DNA of 64,000 nt from Camelus dromedarius (lineage: Eukaryota): assembly GCF_036321535.1 (NCBI RefSeq), contig NC_087450.1:29822001-29886000 (forward strand), written 5' to 3'. The position numbers and the translations under genes are program-made. Under the pieces are notes generated by a model, which saw only the letters and a program-made list of their open reading frames with translations, did not search any database and had not been told where the DNA came from. Shown in pieces: positions 58,147-64,000 of the stretch. Each line of letters opens with the position of its first letter. Positions within the stretch are counted from its first letter, which is position 1.

Positions 58147-58845
58147 GACCATTGGTTCTTAACCCTGGTTACAGTGATACTCAAATCACTTAAGAAACTT
58201 AAAAAAGGGGGTTGAGCCAAGATGGCAGTGTAGACTCACAGCTCGCCCTTTCCCACAAATACACCAAGAATTACATCTACAGACCCACTGAATCACATAG
58301 AACACCTACTGAACTCTGGCAGAGTGTCTCTCATTTCAAAATACAGGAGGATCCTCACAAAATCCAATAAACAACAAACTTATACTGTATAGCACAGGGA
58401 ACTATATTCAATATCTTGTAGCAACTTATGGTTAAAAAGAATATGAAAATGAATTTTAAAAAAAGAAAGAAACTTTTAAAGAAGTCAATGTTCAGACCTG
58501 ACCTTAGGCCAGTTCAGTCAGAATCTCCGGGGGTCAGGCCTGGGAATTGATATTTTTAAAAGTTCTCCAGATGATTCTAATGTGCAGGTAAGGATAAGAC
58601 CCCCTCTTCTGTGTGTTATTTAAAGCCCCACCAAATATCAGCTAGGACAGTGCTCTCAATCCTGGCTGCATGTTAAAATTACTTGGGGAGCCTTTAAAAG
58701 TCTTGATGCCCAGATTATCTCCTCCACCCCAGCCCCTACCCCACCAGTTCAAATGCATCATTCTCTCTGGGGGTAGGGCTTGGGAATTCATATTTTGTTA
58801 AACTCCTCAGGTAACTCCAATATACAGCCAAGGTCAGAACCAAGG
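58147..58845. mobile_element. Cluster of MER5-type MITE pieces; the first is split by the 260-bp L1 derivative
   Basis: TGGTTCTTAACCCTGG, CAGTCAGAATCTCCGGGG..GGCCTGGGAATTGATATTTTTAAAAG.TCTCCAGATGATTCTAATGTGCAG and a second CAGTGCTCTCAATCCTGGCTGCA. Confidence 0.6.
58207..58466 (+). mobile_element. 260-bp L1 derivative (5' UTR start fused to 3' UTR segment) with TSD, inside a MER5-type element
   Basis: Starts GGGGGTTGAGCCAAGATGGCAG (L1 5' end). From ~58364 it reads AAACAACAAACTTATACTGTATAGCACAGGGAACTATATTCAATATCTTGTAG (camelid/artiodactyl L1 3' UTR), then an A-rich tail. TSD AAGAAACTT at 58192-58200 and 58467-58475. Confidence 0.7.
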
Positions 58846-60069
58846 AGTCCTAGGGCGAGCTTGTGGAACCCAGAAGAGAAGCGATCTGAAGATGGAGCCT
58901 TAGTGGTTTTGAAGATGAAGAGAGATGGGGACTGAGATAGGAGAGCTGAGCTGGAGGGAGAGGTGCCAGGCTTTCCTCTGATGTCTGAACTGTGGCTGTC
59001 CACTCACACTTAAGAACTAGAATCGAAACTCAGACTGGCAGCTCTGTGTGCGTAGGTGGGCTTGTGGACTCAAGCTTCTGTTTAGGTCAGTAGGTGAGCC
59101 ACCAGCCATTATCTGTGCCACGTTGCCCAGACCCTAGTCTCCCCAGGGTTCTTGGGATCAGCTTGTCTCCCTCCCCTCCTCAGCTAGAACCCTCTCTGAG
59201 CTGCTCCCACCTTCACTGGTCACCACTCTCTCACCTGCCAGTTCACCTTTGCAAAGTCTGTTGAAATTCCTCATCCACTGGAAATCTCTCTCCCCATTCT
59301 CATTGTTTGTGCCTCTATATCCCTTTATCATCGTTTCAATAGATTCTTAGAAGGGAGAGTAGGTAACATCAGGTGATGAGATGATCATTTTAAACCTGAA
59401 GTCTCCCAGCCTTTTTAAATGTGAGGATCACTTTAAAAGCTAGAAATATTATTACAGAACCCACACGACAGAAGTCACATACACTTTCAGTATCCATTCG
59501 TTAATATGGAAAATACATATTGATCCATAAAGTCCTCTGAACTAATTCAGTACCACTTCTAAATGCATTTTTCCTCATCATAAAACCATTTATATATGTT
59601 TGGAAACCCAGAGCACAAGCATGTACAAGAAAGTTATGACAGCTGAGAACAATACTCACTGAACAAATCAATTCAGATGCCTTTGCAGTAACTGCAGAGT
59701 CATAGGATTCCAAGCCTCATGACTGGGACCCACAGTGCAAGGCCCTGGGAAGCCACTGGATATTTTGAATGGGGGAAGGGCTGTTCCTGGGGCCCTTAAG
59801 TGCTGCTTCCTTTACAGTTTTTCCCCATCAGTCCGGTCCGGTCCATAGTTGTCTTTCTCTGGGAGGTTAATGTGGGGTGGATTCCTCCCCAAGAGAGCAG
59901 GGAGGTAATGCCAGCTGGCCTCCTGAGCAAATTACTTCCCCAAAGGAAACAAAAGAAGCTTAGTGAAATTCAGTCTGGGTTTTTTATTCATTCTACTGCC
60001 TTCCTCTTCTCGATTCTTCCTTATGTCCCATCTTAGACACCCTGTTCCTTGTTCTCTAACAGTTACCAC

Positions 60070-60240
60070 AAATGGTCAACATTTCCCATGCTAAGTGCTG
60101 TAATCCTCATCACCTCCGATGGAAGTAGGTACAATTCTTACCCTCGTTTTACAGATGAAGAAACTGAGGCAAAGAGAAGTTAAACAGCTTTCTCAGATCC
60201 AAAGAGCTAGCGAGCGATGGAACTGAGAGTCTAACCCAGG
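60070..60240 (-). mobile_element. MIR SINE
   Basis: CCCTCGTTTTACAGATGAAGAAACTGAGGCAAAGAGAAGTTAAACAGCTT. Confidence 0.75.
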
Positions 60241-63200
60241 TGGGCCTGCTGCCTCTGCCATCCGCCTCCCCCCTTCCCTGGGTGGCAGAGTTTGTGCTGC
60301 CTGGATGATGAGGAATTTAGAAACATAAAAGGTACTTAATAAGTGATTGAATCGTGGAAAGACAGGAACCTGTATCCAGGCCTCCCAAAGGGCCTGTCCT
60401 CTGGCAGCAGCCTCCCTGGTTTCCTCCAGGGGACCCTCCTTTACAGTGTCAGGGTTCTGCACACTGGCCTTAGCCCCTACAAGCCCGAGGGTAGTTAACA
60501 TTCCCCTTGCTGCACCCTCAGCTCTCACCAAACTAGACCTGGTATTGCGTACATCTGGGTCCTTAGTACAGAGTTACCTCTGCCCAGAATACCCTCTCCT
60601 GTCCATCCCCCTGCACTGACCCACAATCCACGTGGCATTCAAAGGCCACTTCCTCTACAGAGCCCACCCTGATGATACAGACTTCAACGACCCTCCTTCT
60701 TCATTTTGCTTCTATCAGTGATTATGTGACTACTCAGCCCTGACCCCTTGCTGCCTTACTTTCTCAGAGATGAATGACTTCCCACCCCACCATGCAGTCT
60801 GATCCTGACTTTAAAAAAATGATAAAATGAGTTGTGTGTAATTCATGAAAATAATGGATGCTCATTAGCACACTTGAAAAAGAAGCACAAAGAAGTGAAA
60901 GGAAAAAAAAATCCTCACATCTGCACCACCACAAATCTTTTTTTCTGGACAAAAATTTGCGGTCTTGCTTTTTATACACATAATGTAGAAACAAACTTTT
61001 CAAGCATCCCTGTTGTTGGATATGTAGTATTCCTTGCAGAGGACATGCTATAGTTTCTCAGAAGCATGACTGCATCCCTCCCAGACCTAGCCAAGGACCC
61101 CCAGGAGGGTGCTGCTAAAGACTCTGTGAATGAGTAATTGGCTTGGGGTGGGTTGGTAGAAAGAGGGTGGGTTATGTTTGGTGCGTGATACGTGTTAGCT
61201 ACAGGGGGGCCGTTTAGAAGGCTGGAAAATTACAGAGAGCTCATGCTGAGCCCACGTCTGCCAGCAAAGGGCATTTAAAACAGATCCCAGGAAATTATAG
61301 TTTTTGCAATCTCTGTGTTACTCAGACAGGAAAGTACACAAGAGTGATATGTTTTAGCAAGAACACAAAACAATGGTGCTGGCCATCTCAAGGGCCTGGG
61401 AAGGCAGCGTTTGAAAGAGAAAGGCTTTCCCAGGTGCTGTTCTCAATAAGCAAGCCCTGTCATTCAGAGCTGACATGGTGCAGGGCGCACACAGAGATGC
61501 AGGGCTTCCCTGAACTATGAGGCCTTGATGGACTGGCTGAGACTATGCTAAAAATTAATATGATGAGAATTCCTTCAGCCTGTTTTATCCCTGAGACACC
61601 ATGTGTATGTTGAGGGGGAGGTGGGGGGTCGGGGCAGCAAAGCAGGGGTGTGGGTATGTCTGTGTATCTGACATCAGGGTCGACAAGGTCTGCCTCCTTT
61701 GAGACAGTGGAGTCAGTCTAAATGTAAGAGGTGACGCTGGAGGTTTCAAGAATGTTGCTTGGCCTTTTGCTGCCACCAAAAGCTGAGGGAGGGCAGGCCC
61801 TGGAGACTCGGCACCACATCTGGGGGACTCTGCTCTGGGGAGCAGTGATGGGGCAGCCTCCTGGCTCCTTGCTGAAAAGCAGCTCTGCCCTCCTCCCCTT
61901 GGTGGTAGAATGGATATGAGCACTGAAGCTGGTGGACAATGCCCCACTCTTTGGCAGAGGGATGGGAAACAGAGACTTTAAAAATGTTGAACATCCTTCC
62001 GCAGATCTCCAGAATCACAGCGGCAGGGGGAGAGGAGGGGACCAGCCATTCCCACCCCAGCTTGCTGGCCAGCTCCCAGAAGACCAGTCCAGGGGCAGTG
62101 TCCACAGCCTCAGGACCGTCCTTTCTCCCAAAGAGCCGACAGGGCACATGCCTGGGGGAAAACATCCTGTTGCCTTCTAGGGTGTCTATCCAGCCATGGG
62201 GCAGGAGTACCCAGCAGGACAGCTGAACTTTCCACAGGTTTCTGCTCTGAAAGCCCCAGACAGTGTTGTCACAGACTGGCAAGGGGAGGGCCAAACACCG
62301 TGGGGTCACTGACCCGAATTCTGACACCACCTCCACCACTTATTTGCCTTAGACCATGCCTTTCTGAGCCTCAGATTGTGCATCTGAAAACAGGATAATA
62401 GCACCACCATCATAGATGGCTAGGGGAAAGATATATAAACTGTGTGTGAAAATATCCTCTAAAACCACAAACCCCACAGAAGCCTGGAAAGGGAAGTGAC
62501 GCAGTGCAGTGAACAGGGCTTTAAAAAAAAAGTAGTTGTCTTCTTTGCTGTTGTGGTGGGGTTGTAGCTGGTGGTGGTGAAAGGGTCTGCTATATAAGGC
62601 CCTGGAAGCTCTTTTTTTCATAGTTACATGGACAATCCTGCTCAAGTAAATTGACATTCCCACCTCAAATAATTCCTTTAAAGAGCATATAATGGCATGT
62701 CGGTGTGTAGACTGATTCATGTATTTATTCACTGGGGTAGAAAGCATTTCCTCCAGCCAGTGCTGAACACCTGGAGGCTTCTCCGTGTCTTGTCTTGCAT
62801 GGCCCCATGGCACGTGCTGGCTTCCTGCACACTCGGCCTCGCGCAGGCAGCAGAGGCCTGGGCACCTCCCCCGGTTTCCGTACTCTCACCTCACACTATC
62901 CCTCCTAGGACCTCAAGGGTCCCAGTGATTTCTCTGATAAAACAAGAACCTATCCAGTGTGGCCAGGGTCCAGCTGAAATCTCCCTGAGGCTCCTGAAAG
63001 CCCAGCCTGGCTGCAGGACCTCAGAACAGCTCAGGGTTGCTGGGACCCACTCGTAGGAGACCCTCTCCTCAGAGGCACTTTAAGGATTATGAAAGTATAA
63101 GTCTAGACTAATTTTTTAAACCCCCCCCAAAAAACCCTTCTTATTCTGTTTATTGAGCATCTACTAAATACCCGGTATTGTGTTAAATCTGAGTGGGATT

Positions 63201-63718
63201 AGTATCTGGCCAGTGATGCAATGGATAACAGGTCTGACTACCAATCAAAAGACTCTAAGTGAGATGAGCATCATGACTCATTTGCAAAGTCCTTGGGCTG
63301 GGCACGTTCTGGAGAGGTTGTGAGCAGCAGTCAGCCTCCTCACAATCCACAGGTGCACCAGGAAGACTAAACTCTGGCCTGGGAGCCCGAGCCTGCTGTG
63401 GGGGTTAGGAGAGCTGGACATCAGAGAGAGCCTCAAGGGGGGGAGCACCTGAGAAGCGTGGGGTCTGGGGGGTGTGGTCCCTGCTGGAGGAATCCCCCGT
63501 CCTGACAGAGGCAGCTGGTTCCTTGGCTGCCCCCATCTCACCCGGGAGGTTATTGCTCTGGGTAGAAACAGTCCCCTGCAGTTAGCAGGATAAATATAAA
63601 CACAGCCTCCTGATCAAGGCTCAGAAACTAAGCTTTGCATCTGAGCTCCCTGCAGCCTCTGCTGCTGCAGAAAGCAGAACTAGCAATGCAGGGCTTCTGC
63701 AGCCCAGCAAACAGGGGC

Positions 63719-64000
63719 TGCGTTAGCCAGCTCCCACTGCCGTGACAAAGTGTTACTGGCTGCGTGGCTTAAATTGCAGAAATTACTTCTCTCCCATTTG
63801 GAGGCCGGAGGTCCAAGACCAAGGTTATCAAGGTTTGGTGTCTTTTGAGACGTCTCTCCTTGGCATGTAGATGGATGCCTTCTCACTATGTCCTCACATG
63901 GTCTTCCCTTGGTGCGTGTCTGCATCCTCACCTCCTCTTATAAGGACACCGGTCATGTTGGACTAGGGCCTATTACATGACCTCATTTTACCTTGTTACT
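63719..64000 (-). mobile_element. MaLR LTR (MLT1A/C-like), cut by the window end
   Basis: TGGCTTAAATTGCAGAAATT...GGAGGTCCAAGACCAAGG...TCCTCACATGGTCTTCCC...TCTTATAAGGACACCGGTCATGTTGGACTAGGGCC. Confidence 0.8.

Larger units (their letters stand above)
38954..64000 (+). other. KCNK12: KCNK12 intron 1 (partial; runs past the window end)
   Basis: Strong donor G|GTGAGC at 38954. The translation after it (ERRAPRATF...) has no K2P similarity. No intact exon 2 (GFGMTTPATVGGK...) was seen in the remaining 25 kb. Confidence 0.88.

Noticed and set aside
59373-59399. C/D-box snoRNA-like pair (GTGATGA...CTGA)
   Set aside because: Only ~27 nt long, no terminal stem or guide region.
39140-64000. Intronic ORFs (e.g. 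61746-62339, 197 aa; 45732-46199; 47365-47832)
   Set aside because: No domain similarity that I recognise and no supporting exon structure; an intact KCNK12 exon 2 is absent.
1-64000. CRISPR arrays, operons, prophage, IS elements or other prokaryotic systems
   Set aside because: The sequence is mammalian; there is no repeat-spacer array or gene-dense region.

Overview
Mammalian genomic DNA, most likely a camelid (alpaca/llama/camel), judged from three copies of the camelid-type tRNA-derived SINE and a camelid/artiodactyl-type L1 3' end. The only supportable protein-coding feature is coding exon 1 of KCNK12 (THIK-2, two-pore-domain K+ channel; + strand, 38563-38953). It lies in a ~2.4 kb CpG island and ends at a phase-1 GT donor that splits the pore signature (STI-G|FG). 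Exon 2 is not in the window, so 38954-64000 is intron 1 and 1-38 kb is upstream sequence. The rest is mostly ancient mammalian repeats (L1, L2, MIR, MLT1, ERV1 LTRs, MER5A, MER94), microsatellites and five N-gaps. There are no prokaryotic-type features and no intact RNA genes. I found no demonstrably new biological system. The best leads are regulatory and structural: a near-consensus REST/RE1 site, a uORF ending 10 nt before the KCNK12 start that resembles the channel's own N-terminus, a perfect-Kozak in-frame AUC, a palindromic RFX X-box, MARE and kB motif clusters, a promoter-like motif cluster at 14.2 kb, and several atypical retroposition products with target-site duplications. Repeat family names and orthologue comparisons come from recalled consensus sequences, not from searches, and most repeat boundaries are approximate.
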